This document shows, piece after piece, positions 37,747 through 46,920 of a stretch of DNA of 64,000 nt. Source of the stretch: Verrucomicrobiales bacterium (GTDB lineage Bacteria > Verrucomicrobiota > Verrucomicrobiia > Verrucomicrobiales > V1-33); NCBI GenBank assembly GCA_050998515.1, contig JBPCQC010000012.1, positions 1,376-65,375 on the forward strand, in the 5' to 3' direction. Numbering within the stretch: the first letter of the stretch is position 1; each line of letters begins with the position of its first letter. A model generated the notes under the pieces. The model did not search any database, was not told the origin of the DNA, and saw nothing but the letters and a program-made list of their open reading frames with translations. The position numbers were made by a program, and so were the translations under genes.

Positions 37747-39786
37747 TCAATTCTCGCGGACCCGAAAATACCGGCGGTCCTCGTCAGGCGGCGGATCAAT
37801 TGCCTCGGAAAATGCTCCCTCATAATCGATGGGGGCGATCGGCGGCCCCAGCGGGTCCCAGATTTGCAGATCGGTTGAAGTTTGCACCTGGTAGGTGCGC
37901 CCGAGCGCCGCACCAAAATTGAAGCTCACTCTTCCCGTCAGATCATTGCGAGCCACATTGTAGATTTCGAGATAGCGAAAATCGCGGCTGTCGCGCACTT
38001 GGTAAATCCGGCCGGCGTTGGCGCTGCCGCCCAAGTGGGCGAAGTAAAGTTCTCCGGCTTCATCCTCTCCAAAACTTACGATCCCAACATTGGTATTCGG
38101 AATCAAAGTCTGCCGTTGCCAGTCTCCGAGCGCGTTTCGTTGCAGCCCATATAACCGCTCGCCCAAATAGTCGGCGAAAAAATAAACTCCCTGCATGCGC
38201 GGAAACCGCTTGCCACGATAAACAAAACCGCCGGTGACCGACCGGTCGCCGGTGCCGCTCGACATGGCCGTCACCGGAGGTGTCAATGTTCCGAGGGTGA
38301 GGGCGGTGCCGCCGGTGGCCGGTTCGCCTGGACGCAGGTCGAAGCCTTCGTAGCGCTTCCAGCCAAAATTGCGCGCCGGAAGATTGCCCGGCACGTAATC
38401 GATCTCCTCGAAGGCGCCCTGTCCCACGTCTCCAATCCACATATCTCCGGTCAACCGGTCAAACGACCATCGCCACGGATTGCGCAATCCCAGATGCCAA
38501 ATCTCCCCGCGCGCACCGGCCTGCCCAACGAAAGGGTTGTCCGAAGGAACGAGATACAGTTGCTGGGTCCCGATGGCGCCCTCGACATCCAGCCGAACCA
38601 TTTTTCCCCAAAGCTCGTTCGGATTCTGCGCGCGATTCTGCGGATCGTTGGCATCGCCACCATCGCCGAGACTCAGGTAAAGATAGCCGTCGGTGCCGAA
38701 ATACATGTCGCCACCGTTATGGTTGCTGTAGGGGTCCGGTATTGGGAGAAGAATTTCCTCGGACGATGGATCCGCGGCATTAATGACCCCCGAAGGGGGA
38801 ACCGTCGGCACCAGCCGAAAGCGCGAAAGCCGTTGGACAATGGTTCCCACCGGGACTTCCCGGGTGTAATAGACGTAAAAGTGGGACTTGGTCTGACCGA
38901 ACCCCGGCGTGAAGGCCAGCCCGAGAAGACCCCGTTCATTGCCAGGGGAAGTCGAACTGGTGACTCGATCCCGGATGTCCAAAAACGTCGTGAAAGCGCC
39001 GTTGTGGAGGACCCTGATGAGGCCGAGCCGCTCGACGACAAAAAGCCGGTTGCTGCCGTCACCGGCATTTCTCACGGCGGTGGGGAAATTGACCGCGCCA
39101 ATAATGGGGGCCTCGACAAAGCTCAATTCGGGCCATGGCAGCGGCGGTGGGGGCGGGACGTCGCTGGCGATGAGTTGCGGCATCATCAAAAGATCGCTGC
39201 TGCCGAGCGTGCCGTTGAGGCCGTGGATGGCGAGGACATTCGACCCCGCCTGCAGAACGCCGAGATGCTCGGTGATGTCGAACGGCTCATAGGTTGTCAA
39301 CGACGCCTCGTGAGTATCGTTATTGAGGGTAAGGGAGTTCCAGGTGACGTTGTCCGGTTCGAGCGCGGAGATGACCTTGGTTCCGTTAATGTAGGCGACG
39401 AAACCGTCATCCACTTTCATGTTCAGCTTGAGCTGCCGGAAATTCGGGAGGTCTGCCGCATTTACGGTGAACGGCACACGAATAAACACGCTGCCGTTGA
39501 CGTTGCGCATCGGCTGCACGTTGAGACCTACCAAAGGCAAATAATTTACCCCCGCTGGGTCAGCATCATAGCCGACCCCAGTGGTGCCGCTTTGCCAGGG
39601 AGCATCGTCAAAACCAATGGCGGTCCAGGTTACTCCCAAGGTGCTCCCGCCGTTGGCGACGGCAGGAATCAACGCGCGTGCCGGGGCGCTGGCATCCAGG
39701 AGGGTGAATTCAGCGGCCACCGACAGGCTGGTGAAGACAACGGTGCCGGCAAAAACCGCGCAATGCAGGGAAATCCAGGGGGACAT
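37747..39786 (-). CDS. secreted PQQ-dependent sugar (sorbosone/glucose) dehydrogenase-like propeller with N-terminal carbohydrate-binding-like domain
   Basis: ATG 39786 (MSPWISLHCAVFAGTVVFTSLSVAAE). GLLGLAFTPGF, HNGGDMYFGTDGYLYLSLGDGG, WHLGLRNPWRWSFD, GDVGQGAFEEIDY. The C-terminal module ends in RRYFRVREN. Confidence 0.75.
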   Translation of the reverse strand: MSPWISLHCAVFAGTVVFTSLSVAAEFTLLDASAPARALIPAVANGGSTLGVTWTAIGFDDAPWQSGTTGVGYDADPAGVNYLPLVGLNVQPMRNVNGSVFIRVPFTVNAADLPNFRQLKLNMKVDDGFVAYINGTKVISALEPDNVTWNSLTLNNDTHEASLTTYEPFDITEHLGVLQAGSNVLAIHGLNGTLGSSDLLMMPQLIASDVPPPPPLPWPELSFVEAPIIGAVNFPTAVRNAGDGSNRLFVVERLGLIRVLHNGAFTTFLDIRDRVTSSTSPGNERGLLGLAFTPGFGQTKSHFYVYYTREVPVGTIVQRLSRFRLVPTVPPSGVINAADPSSEEILLPIPDPYSNHNGGDMYFGTDGYLYLSLGDGGDANDPQNRAQNPNELWGKMVRLDVEGAIGTQQLYLVPSDNPFVGQAGARGEIWHLGLRNPWRWSFDRLTGDMWIGDVGQGAFEEIDYVPGNLPARNFGWKRYEGFDLRPGEPATGGTALTLGTLTPPVTAMSSGTGDRSVTGGFVYRGKRFPRMQGVYFFADYLGERLYGLQRNALGDWQRQTLIPNTNVGIVSFGEDEAGELYFAHLGGSANAGRIYQVRDSRDFRYLEIYNVARNDLTGRVSFNFGAALGRTYQVQTSTDLQIWDPLGPPIAPIDYEGAFSEAIDPPPDEDRRYFRVREN

Positions 39787-39794
39787 ATCGCAAC

Positions 39795-40424
39795 CTAACC
39801 CTGCGGCCACACCGCGGCAAGGGCGGCAATCAAAAGGAAAATGCCGAAGAATGTGTTCACGGCTGGCGCGCGCCGCACAAAAAATGTGCGTAACGGAGGC
39901 CAATTCAGGGCGCAAACGAAGAGACTCCAAAATAAGAGCGCCTGACCGACGACAATGCCTCCCAGCGCCCATTTGCGCAACGGTGCAGACTCGAGGGGGT
40001 GAAATGCCGTGAGCGTCGCCAGCAAAAACACAATGGCTTTGGCGTTGAGGAGGTTCGTCAAAAGGCCCTGGATGAAAGCGCTCCTCGCCTTCAACTCGAT
40101 ATTGGAATGCGCTGGGGCGATCGGCTTCTCACCGCGTCGAGCGCCGAGCAGAAGCCGGATGCCGAGATAGACAAGGTAGGCGGCGCCGCCAAAACGCAGG
40201 ACCGTAAATGCCGCGGGGGATTTTTCCAACACCACAGCGACCCCACCCAGAATGAGCGCGCAATGGATCAAAAGGCCCAAAGCTATGCCGCACACCGTCA
40301 GCAGCGCCGCCCGGCGCGAATGGAGCAGCGCATTGCGCGTCAGCAAAAGCATGTCAGGACCGGGCGAAAACTGCCCGCCGAGCATTAACAGACTGAAAGT
40401 CAGCAGCGAAAGATCCTGCGACAT
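39795..40424 (-). CDS. LysE/RhtB family amino-acid exporter
   Basis: MSQDLSLLTFSLLMLGGQFSPGPDMLLL, with five to six hydrophobic helices. The track start 40433 is GTG; the ATG is at 40424. Confidence 0.8.
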   Translation of the reverse strand: MSQDLSLLTFSLLMLGGQFSPGPDMLLLTRNALLHSRRAALLTVCGIALGLLIHCALILGGVAVVLEKSPAAFTVLRFGGAAYLVYLGIRLLLGARRGEKPIAPAHSNIELKARSAFIQGLLTNLLNAKAIVFLLATLTAFHPLESAPLRKWALGGIVVGQALLFWSLFVCALNWPPLRTFFVRRAPAVNTFFGIFLLIAALAAVWPQG

Positions 40425-40433
40425 GGCACGCAC

Positions 40434-41357
40434 CTACATCGTCCCGCGCTTCAATGCCGCAAGGCCAAGTGCGAGCGCGCCGAGGAGACCAGAGCGGGAG
40501 CCCAGCCCCGGCGGCACAACCGCCGGCAGCGGCACGTATCCGTTGATTCGGGCCGCGACTCGCTCGCGCAGCGGCGACAACAAATGGCTGCGTCCGCCCA
40601 CCCCGCCCCCGAGGATGATGATCTCGGGCGACGCGACGAAGATGAACTGACAGAGCGCGCTCGCCAGATAATCGACTTCAAGGTCCCAGGCGGCGTGGTC
40701 GTCGGGCAAGGAATCGGCCGGACAGCCCCAGCGCGCCGCGAGGGCTGGACCGGAGGCAATGCCTTCAAGGCAATCACCGTGAAACGGACAGACGCCGCCG
40801 AAGATGGCGCGTTCCGCCGCCGGACGAGACACCAGCACATGGCCCATTTCCGGATGAGTGAGCCCGTGAAGAGAGTGGCCGCCGATGCAAAGTCCGCCGC
40901 CAATGCCAGTTCCGACCGTTAGATAAAGCACCGAGTTTTTGCCAGCCCCCGCTCCCCAACGCCACTCGCCAAGCGCCGCCCCGTTGACATCAGTGTCAAA
41001 TCCTGCCGGCACAGGGAAGGCATCGCGCAGCGCACCCAACACACGGGTGCGAGCCCAACCCGCCTTCGGAGTCGTGGTGATGAACCCGAATGACGGAGAA
41101 GCGGGATTCACGTCGGCCGGACCAAAGGTGGCGACGCCCAAGGCTGCTATCTTTTCTCCATGCTGTCCTTCCGCGGCCTTGAAAAAGTCGATCGCACTGC
41201 CCAGCGTCGCCGCCGGCGAGGTGGTTGGGATGCGCGTTTCCGCCACCAGTTCATCAGGACCCCGACCGAGCGCGCAGACGAACTTCGTGCCTCCCGCTTC
41301 GATCGCTGCCACAAGTGAAGGCTTGGCTTGGGTAGTCACAACGTGATCAGTGATCAC
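40434..41357 (-). CDS. ROK family sugar kinase (fructokinase/Mak-like)
   Basis: AAIEAGGTKFVCAL, LTVGTGIGGG, and a zinc motif variant HPEMGH..CPFHGDCLEG. GTG start preceded by GGAGG. Confidence 0.8.
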   Translation of the reverse strand: MITDHVVTTQAKPSLVAAIEAGGTKFVCALGRGPDELVAETRIPTTSPAATLGSAIDFFKAAEGQHGEKIAALGVATFGPADVNPASPSFGFITTTPKAGWARTRVLGALRDAFPVPAGFDTDVNGAALGEWRWGAGAGKNSVLYLTVGTGIGGGLCIGGHSLHGLTHPEMGHVLVSRPAAERAIFGGVCPFHGDCLEGIASGPALAARWGCPADSLPDDHAAWDLEVDYLASALCQFIFVASPEIIILGGGVGGRSHLLSPLRERVAARINGYVPLPAVVPPGLGSRSGLLGALALGLAALKRGTM

Positions 41358-41649
41358 TTCCTCCGGCCAATTGAGAAGTCAAAGGCTGAACGGCCTCTCA
41401 CACAGACCGACCGCAAGCGGTGCTTACAAGTTTGCGCCTCGCAACAACCACAATTCCGCGGCGTTGAGATATAACTGGCTGATGCGAAGCGGACGATCCT
41501 CGGTGAGTAACTTTTGCGTCGTTCGGAGGTATCAGCAGGGTTTTGTGGCCGCACGGTGAATCTCGCTTGGAAAAGAGGAGACGAGTTTGCCTTCGGCTAT
41601 CTCCGCTTCGCTCCGGTTCCGCACTCCAAGGTCTCCGCCTTGATTTCGG

Positions 41650-42552
41650 CTACACCCGCAATCCCAGATTCGCGTAGATTTCGCGCGTGGCGCTGGATTG
41701 GTTGAGTGTGTAAAAATGAATGCCGCGCACCTGGTGGTCGAGGAGGTCGGCGCATTGTTCGGTGGCATAGAGAACTCCGATTCGACGCACAGCCTCCGGG
41801 TCGTCACCGCAGCCAGTCAGGGCCTTCAGCAGCTTGGCAGGGAAGCGAGCGCCGGCCGCCAGATCCGCCATCCGGGAGAGGCCAGCCTTGGATGTGATCG
41901 GCATGATCCCGGCGATGATGGGAACGCGAATGCCGGCCAGCTCGCAGCGCTCGCGGAAATCATAAAAGTCATGGTTGTCGAAGAATAGCTGGGTCACGAC
42001 GTAATCCGCGCCGGCCTCGACTTTTGCTTTGAGATAGTCCATTTCCTTGAGCCGATTGGGTGTGGCGGGGTGTCCTTCGGGAAACCCGGCCACGCCGATG
42101 CCAAAACCACGGGGGTCGCCAGGCAGGCCGCCGTTTTCACAGAAGCGCCGGATAAACCGCACCAGATCCGCGGCGTAATGAAAGGCATCACGAGAGCGAT
42201 CGTAATCCGTCTTTTCGCGTGGTGGATCGCCCCCGAGCGCCAGAATATTGCTAATGTTAGCCAAGGCATAGCGCTCGAGGACTTCGCGAACCTCATGCTC
42301 CTGGTGGCATACGCAGGTCAGGTGCGGAATGGGGTCAAGTGACGTTCGGGTCTTGAGGCGCACCACAAGATCATGAGTCAATTCGCGCGTCGTTCCCCCC
42401 GCGCCGTACGTCACGCTAACAAATGAGGGCCCGAACGATTCGAGGTGCGCGATCGTCTCATAAAGCTTCTCCGCCGTCTCCGTGGTTTTTGGCGGAAAAA
42501 ACTCGAACGAAAACGTGGTGGACTGCCCAGCAAAAATGTCTTCGATGTGCAT
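41650..42552 (-). CDS. metF: methylenetetrahydrofolate reductase
   Basis: FSFEFFPPKT, FVSVTYGAGGTTRE, PHLTC and ALGGDPP. 300 aa. Confidence 0.9.
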   Translation of the reverse strand: MHIEDIFAGQSTTFSFEFFPPKTTETAEKLYETIAHLESFGPSFVSVTYGAGGTTRELTHDLVVRLKTRTSLDPIPHLTCVCHQEHEVREVLERYALANISNILALGGDPPREKTDYDRSRDAFHYAADLVRFIRRFCENGGLPGDPRGFGIGVAGFPEGHPATPNRLKEMDYLKAKVEAGADYVVTQLFFDNHDFYDFRERCELAGIRVPIIAGIMPITSKAGLSRMADLAAGARFPAKLLKALTGCGDDPEAVRRIGVLYATEQCADLLDHQVRGIHFYTLNQSSATREIYANLGLRV

Positions 42553-42671
42553 GCGGCGGCTATCCGTTAAGCGGAATTGTGATTCCGACTAGGAAAAATC
42601 TCGCTCTCGACCAGACTTCCGGCTAATAGCGCTGCCCGGCGCCAGCCTGTTCGTCTGTCCCAAGGTCCCCC

Positions 42672-43388
42672 ATGCTCAAATTTTTTTGCCTTCTGGTCAT
42701 GTCCGCTTCCCTCTCTGCTGCGGTTTCGGGCGCCAAAGATCCTTCGCCCGGCGAACAAGTCCGACAAGAATTCCATACCGCCACAGGACGCATCAAATTC
42801 TGGCTGTGGCTTCCAAAAAGACCGCCCTTTGCCGGTTCACCGTTGATGCTATTTTTGCATGGAGCGGGCGAGCGGGGCGACGACCTCAAGCTGGTCAAGA
42901 AGCACGGACCGCCTCGGTTGGTCGAAGCGAATAAAGATTTGCAACCCTTCATCCTGATTTCACCGCAGTGCCCGAAAGAGCGATCCTGGAACATCGACCA
43001 GCTCAAAGAACTCGTGGATGCGCTGGCCGAAAAATACCGCGCGGACAAATCGCGGCTCTACATCACCGGCCTCAGCATGGGTGGCTTTGCCACGTGGGAA
43101 ATGACCGCGAAATATCCCGACCTGTTCGCGGCTGCCATTCCCATCTGCGGCGGGGGAAATCCCAAGGACGCGGAAAAAGTAAAGCGCATCCCGTTTCGTG
43201 TTTATCACGGCGCGAAGGATGAAGCCGTGCCCGTTCACCGAAGCCAGCAAATGGTCGACGCCCTCAAGAAGGCCGGCGCCAGGGATGTCGAGATTGAGAT
43301 TTTTCCCGATATCGCGCACGAAAGCTGGACCCCGGTTTATGCGAATCCGCAAACTTACGCGTGGCTGCTGAAACAAAGAAAGCGATAA
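42672..43388 (+). CDS. secreted alpha/beta-hydrolase (carboxylesterase / dienelactone-hydrolase-like)
   Basis: Signal peptide. LFLHGAGERGDD, nucleophile elbow ITGLSMGGFATW, HGAKDEAVPV and a C-terminal His (IAHESW). Confidence 0.75.
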   Translation: MLKFFCLLVMSASLSAAVSGAKDPSPGEQVRQEFHTATGRIKFWLWLPKRPPFAGSPLMLFLHGAGERGDDLKLVKKHGPPRLVEANKDLQPFILISPQCPKERSWNIDQLKELVDALAEKYRADKSRLYITGLSMGGFATWEMTAKYPDLFAAAIPICGGGNPKDAEKVKRIPFRVYHGAKDEAVPVHRSQQMVDALKKAGARDVEIEIFPDIAHESWTPVYANPQTYAWLLKQRKR

Positions 43389-43471
43389 GGTTGGCATCGG
43401 CCGCTGGGGGATGGGTGATCCCCATCGGCGGGCCGCCGCCGATACCCATCGGCGAGCCGTCGATGCCACCC

Positions 43472-46396
43472 CTATTTCAAAGATGCCAGGAAAGCCACAA
43501 GATCTGAAAGTTCCTGGGGAGTAAGCAATTGATCGTAGCCCCCGGGCATGAGCGAGAGCTCGCCCGGAGTCATCTGATTGATTTCGCTTAAAGGCACACT
43601 TTGCTCGGGAATATTCGGGGCGGTGGCCAACGTCACTTCATCGGGGCTCTGTCCTCGAACAATGCCGTAAATCGACTGCCCATCGTTTTTCGTGATTTGA
43701 ACTGGCTCGTAACTGCGAACAAAGCTCGCGCTAGGAAAAATGACGCCCTCGAGCAGATCACGCTTCGTGCGGACGGCGCCGATCTTTGTCAGGTCGGGGC
43801 CAATGAGTCCGCCTTTATAGCCGATTTGATGGCACGTGTTGCACACTGCCTTCGCGCTCTGGAATACCAGCGAGCCGCGGTTCGCATCGCCAGCGTCCAA
43901 TGCGGCTTCCAGCTCGGCGAGACGGGTTTGTTGTTGAGCGATTTCCTGGGGCCCGGCGGTCCGTGCTTTCATCAGCCGCTGTTGCACGTTTTCAGAAAAC
44001 GCGCCCAGGCATTCCTTGACCAGCTCGTCAGACAGGTTTTTGAGCCCGCTTGATTGGTCGAGCGCCTCGGCGACTTTTTGGCCGACGGCTTCGTCGCCGC
44101 AGCCTTTGAACGCTTTAAGCATGGCTGGCCGTTCGAGAAGGCTCGCGCTGGGGAGCCAGGAGGCCACTTGCCAGAGCTTTTCTGGTGGGGCCTTTGAATG
44201 CGCCAACACCTCGATAGCCGCCGCGCGGTCGGCTGGGACGCTGGCGTCCTGAAACGGACGCGCCACCACCGCGAACAACGAATCATCGAGCCTGGCCGGC
44301 CGCATGAGGGCGACGGCCCTCAGACGAATCGCCAGTGGCTGTTTCTCACTGCGCGCAATCGTATCAAGTTGCTGCGGGAAAACTTCTGCCGCTTCCGGTG
44401 GCGCTGCCGACAGCACACGTAAGGCCTGCGCCAATTCCCCGGGTTCCTCTTTGGCCAGCGCCAATTTCAGCGGATCGATCCAGGCGGGCGGAAACTTTTT
44501 TGCGCGATAATGAGCCATCACATCCAGCAGCGTGGCGCGCGCAGCGGCCTTGGCGGCTCCCCTTATCTCGTCGCCAATTAACCTTTGAGTGCGCTCATCC
44601 TTGATCAAGGCCAGCAATACGCGTTTGAGCGTCTCACCACCGGCGCCGGGCGATGCCAGTTGCCGACGAAGCCACGGAATTACCTCGAATGACCATTCCG
44701 GATGCCGGCCCACCACGTAAAGCGCTGCCGAGCGCACCCGCTCGTCAGGCGCCGAAAGGAGGTCGATGACCGCCATTCTGTCGACACATTCGATGTCAAT
44801 TTCATTGATCGCATAAAGCGCGATTTGTTGCACCCGCGGATGGGCACTCGATAAACCTTCGCGCACGCTGCGCGGATCGCCGCCCTCGATCAGCGCATAA
44901 GTGATCGCGTGTTCGAGAAAGCGGTCCGCATCCTGGGCGGCGGCGGCCTCGAGCAATGGCGAAACAATCGCGCGCGAAGCCGCTTCGAGAGCGCCCAGAG
45001 TGCTCGTATCCGCGGGCTGCTTCGCCGGCCACTGACCCAGGGCCTCCGCGGCGGCGCGGCGCAGAGCCAGATTTGGCGACTTCAAGTGTTCCCGCAATTC
45101 CGCTGGATTGTCAGCATTGACGATTTCCCATTGCGCCTTCGGTGGAGCGACGGGCATTTCTCCACCTTTTTTTCGCAGCCGGTAAATCGCGCCGAGCACA
45201 TCCGGCTTGGCAAGCTGCGAGGTCGGGCAACAGAGTTTATACCACCCGCCGGTATCAATGACGAGCACACTGCCGTCCGCAACCTGGAGCACGGCGGTCG
45301 GATGGAAATCCGGGTGATCGCAAAGAAGGAAATCACTGTCCTCGGTGCGATAAGTTGATCCTTCCGGAACGAGACGATGGCGGCTGACTTTGCGCATGTT
45401 GAACTGACAGCAAAGCAAGTCGCGACCATAGCGAATCAGCCCGCACGGTGCCGCCGGTCCCATGTGTGTCATCGGTGGCATGAGACCGCCGGTGCGCGGA
45501 TGCCCCTCGATCACATCATGATCTTTTCCCCAAACCCCTCCGCGAATGGCGTGAATAAGTCCGTCGCGCCGGCCACCTGCTGGATGTTGAAAAAAGGTTC
45601 CGCTCACGATCAGCTCCCCTTCCGGCGTCCAGGCGAGACCCACCGGGTTGTCCATGCCCGCGGTGAAAACAGGTTCGATCCCGCTGGCATCGGGCCTCGC
45701 TCGAAAAACGTGTGAAGCGCGCGTCTTCCAGGCTTTGCTTGATTTCGTCTTCTCCCCCTTGTTTGCGCCTGAGGCTCGGGTGAGCTCATAGGTTTGCTCG
45801 GCGAAGGCGCCCTTACACCAATAGATCCAGCCGTCGGGGCCGCGGTAAGGCCCGTGCAGGTCGTTCGCACAGCCGGTCAGCGTTTTGCCATCAAACCAGA
45901 CCTCGCGAGAGTCGGCGACTCCATCATCGTTGCCGTCGGTGAATTTCCAGATCTCCGGACAAGCGGCTACGAATACAGCGCCTTCGTGCCAAAGGACTCC
46001 TTCGGGAAACATCAGCTTGTCCACGAACACGGTGCGCCGGTCGAAGATGCCGTCCCCGTTCGTGTCCTCGAGCCGCAGCACGCGATGCGGCTTCTTTTTC
46101 AATTGCTCGGCAACCGGCTCGTTCGATCCCGAGGACTCGGTCACGTAAAGCCGTCCTTTGTCGTCAAAGGAGCCTTCGATCGGCCGGTCAACCAATGGCG
46201 GCTGCGCTGCCAGTTCGAGCGTGTAATCATCCGGGAATGAGAAGCGCCGGCCGTCAATCATTTGCTCGGCAGCCATCACATGCGAACCAAGCTGCCCGAG
46301 GCTCAGCCCCAGAATGCAGGCGGCCAAAGCCGCAGACGGGAAATTGGGTTTCACGATCCCAAGAAACGTGCAGGTTCCGCCCAAGCAAGCTGGCAT
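43472..46396 (-). CDS. PVC-type heme-binding CxxCH protein (dehydrogenase-like propeller / HEAT repeats / cytochrome c domain)
   Basis: N-terminal propeller (DGRLYVTESSG.., NGDGIFD), long HEAT-like helical middle, and CNTCH at 43829..43843 with GPDLT. ATG 46396 is preferred; the track start 46459 is GTG. Confidence 0.8.
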   Translation of the reverse strand: MPACLGGTCTFLGIVKPNFPSAALAACILGLSLGQLGSHVMAAEQMIDGRRFSFPDDYTLELAAQPPLVDRPIEGSFDDKGRLYVTESSGSNEPVAEQLKKKPHRVLRLEDTNGDGIFDRRTVFVDKLMFPEGVLWHEGAVFVAACPEIWKFTDGNDDGVADSREVWFDGKTLTGCANDLHGPYRGPDGWIYWCKGAFAEQTYELTRASGANKGEKTKSSKAWKTRASHVFRARPDASGIEPVFTAGMDNPVGLAWTPEGELIVSGTFFQHPAGGRRDGLIHAIRGGVWGKDHDVIEGHPRTGGLMPPMTHMGPAAPCGLIRYGRDLLCCQFNMRKVSRHRLVPEGSTYRTEDSDFLLCDHPDFHPTAVLQVADGSVLVIDTGGWYKLCCPTSQLAKPDVLGAIYRLRKKGGEMPVAPPKAQWEIVNADNPAELREHLKSPNLALRRAAAEALGQWPAKQPADTSTLGALEAASRAIVSPLLEAAAAQDADRFLEHAITYALIEGGDPRSVREGLSSAHPRVQQIALYAINEIDIECVDRMAVIDLLSAPDERVRSAALYVVGRHPEWSFEVIPWLRRQLASPGAGGETLKRVLLALIKDERTQRLIGDEIRGAAKAAARATLLDVMAHYRAKKFPPAWIDPLKLALAKEEPGELAQALRVLSAAPPEAAEVFPQQLDTIARSEKQPLAIRLRAVALMRPARLDDSLFAVVARPFQDASVPADRAAAIEVLAHSKAPPEKLWQVASWLPSASLLERPAMLKAFKGCGDEAVGQKVAEALDQSSGLKNLSDELVKECLGAFSENVQQRLMKARTAGPQEIAQQQTRLAELEAALDAGDANRGSLVFQSAKAVCNTCHQIGYKGGLIGPDLTKIGAVRTKRDLLEGVIFPSASFVRSYEPVQITKNDGQSIYGIVRGQSPDEVTLATAPNIPEQSVPLSEINQMTPGELSLMPGGYDQLLTPQELSDLVAFLASLK

Positions 46397-46523
46397 CTCA
46401 GCGAGCTGAAATCTTCGCTGATCATTCAGATCCGAATTAAGGGAAGGGCATAGGCGCACTAAGGTTGCCGGGTGCGATCTCCGGCTAGGTTTTTAAGCAG
46501 GACATTTTCACGAGGAGAAAATC

Positions 46524-46913
46524 ATGAAACACACAGACTTGGAATTGCGGCCGGGGAAAATCGAAGTTGGTTCGCAAGGGCTGGGGACGGTCACGCGGGA
46601 AATGGTAATTGAACGAGCCGACGAAATCGCCCGATTCGACGGGCGGGAAGATTTCAACGAAGCCGATCTGGCCCAGGCTTATGAGGAATTGCTCGGCGTT
46701 GCAGATCCTGCTGCGGCGCCTGAGGCCAGTCCCGAGCTCGAGGAAATTACCGCGTGGGACGAGCCGGTGAGCCAAACCGGAGAGTGGGTTCCAAAAACAG
46801 GACCGGCTTCCGAGGCCAATGCGGCGGAGTTGTTGGTCCGCGAAGGCGTGCAGGAAGCTGATCACGAGCAGCGCCTCGCTGCCGCCCTGGAATACCCGCC
46901 AGAGCCCGAGTAG
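46524..46913 (+). CDS. acidic hypothetical protein (DUF2934-like N-terminal motif)
   Basis: AGGAG 8 nt upstream of the ATG. REMVIERADEIARFDGREDFNEADLAQAYEEL loosely resembles DUF2934. The remainder is acidic and low complexity. Confidence 0.5.
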   Translation: MKHTDLELRPGKIEVGSQGLGTVTREMVIERADEIARFDGREDFNEADLAQAYEELLGVADPAAAPEASPELEEITAWDEPVSQTGEWVPKTGPASEANAAELLVREGVQEADHEQRLAAALEYPPEPE

Positions 46914-46920
46914 CCTCCAA

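Noticed and set aside
38494-39798. 434-aa plus-strand ORF
   Set aside because: Antisense to the sugar-dehydrogenase-like gene. No motifs; arginine-rich.
41358-41649. 292-nt gap between metF and the ROK gene, examined for a riboswitch or ncRNA
   Set aside because: There is only a weak hairpin plus a TCTTTT tract after metF (41571..41604). No conserved riboswitch core was recognised. ORFs 41350..41559(+) and 41354..41554(-) look non-coding.
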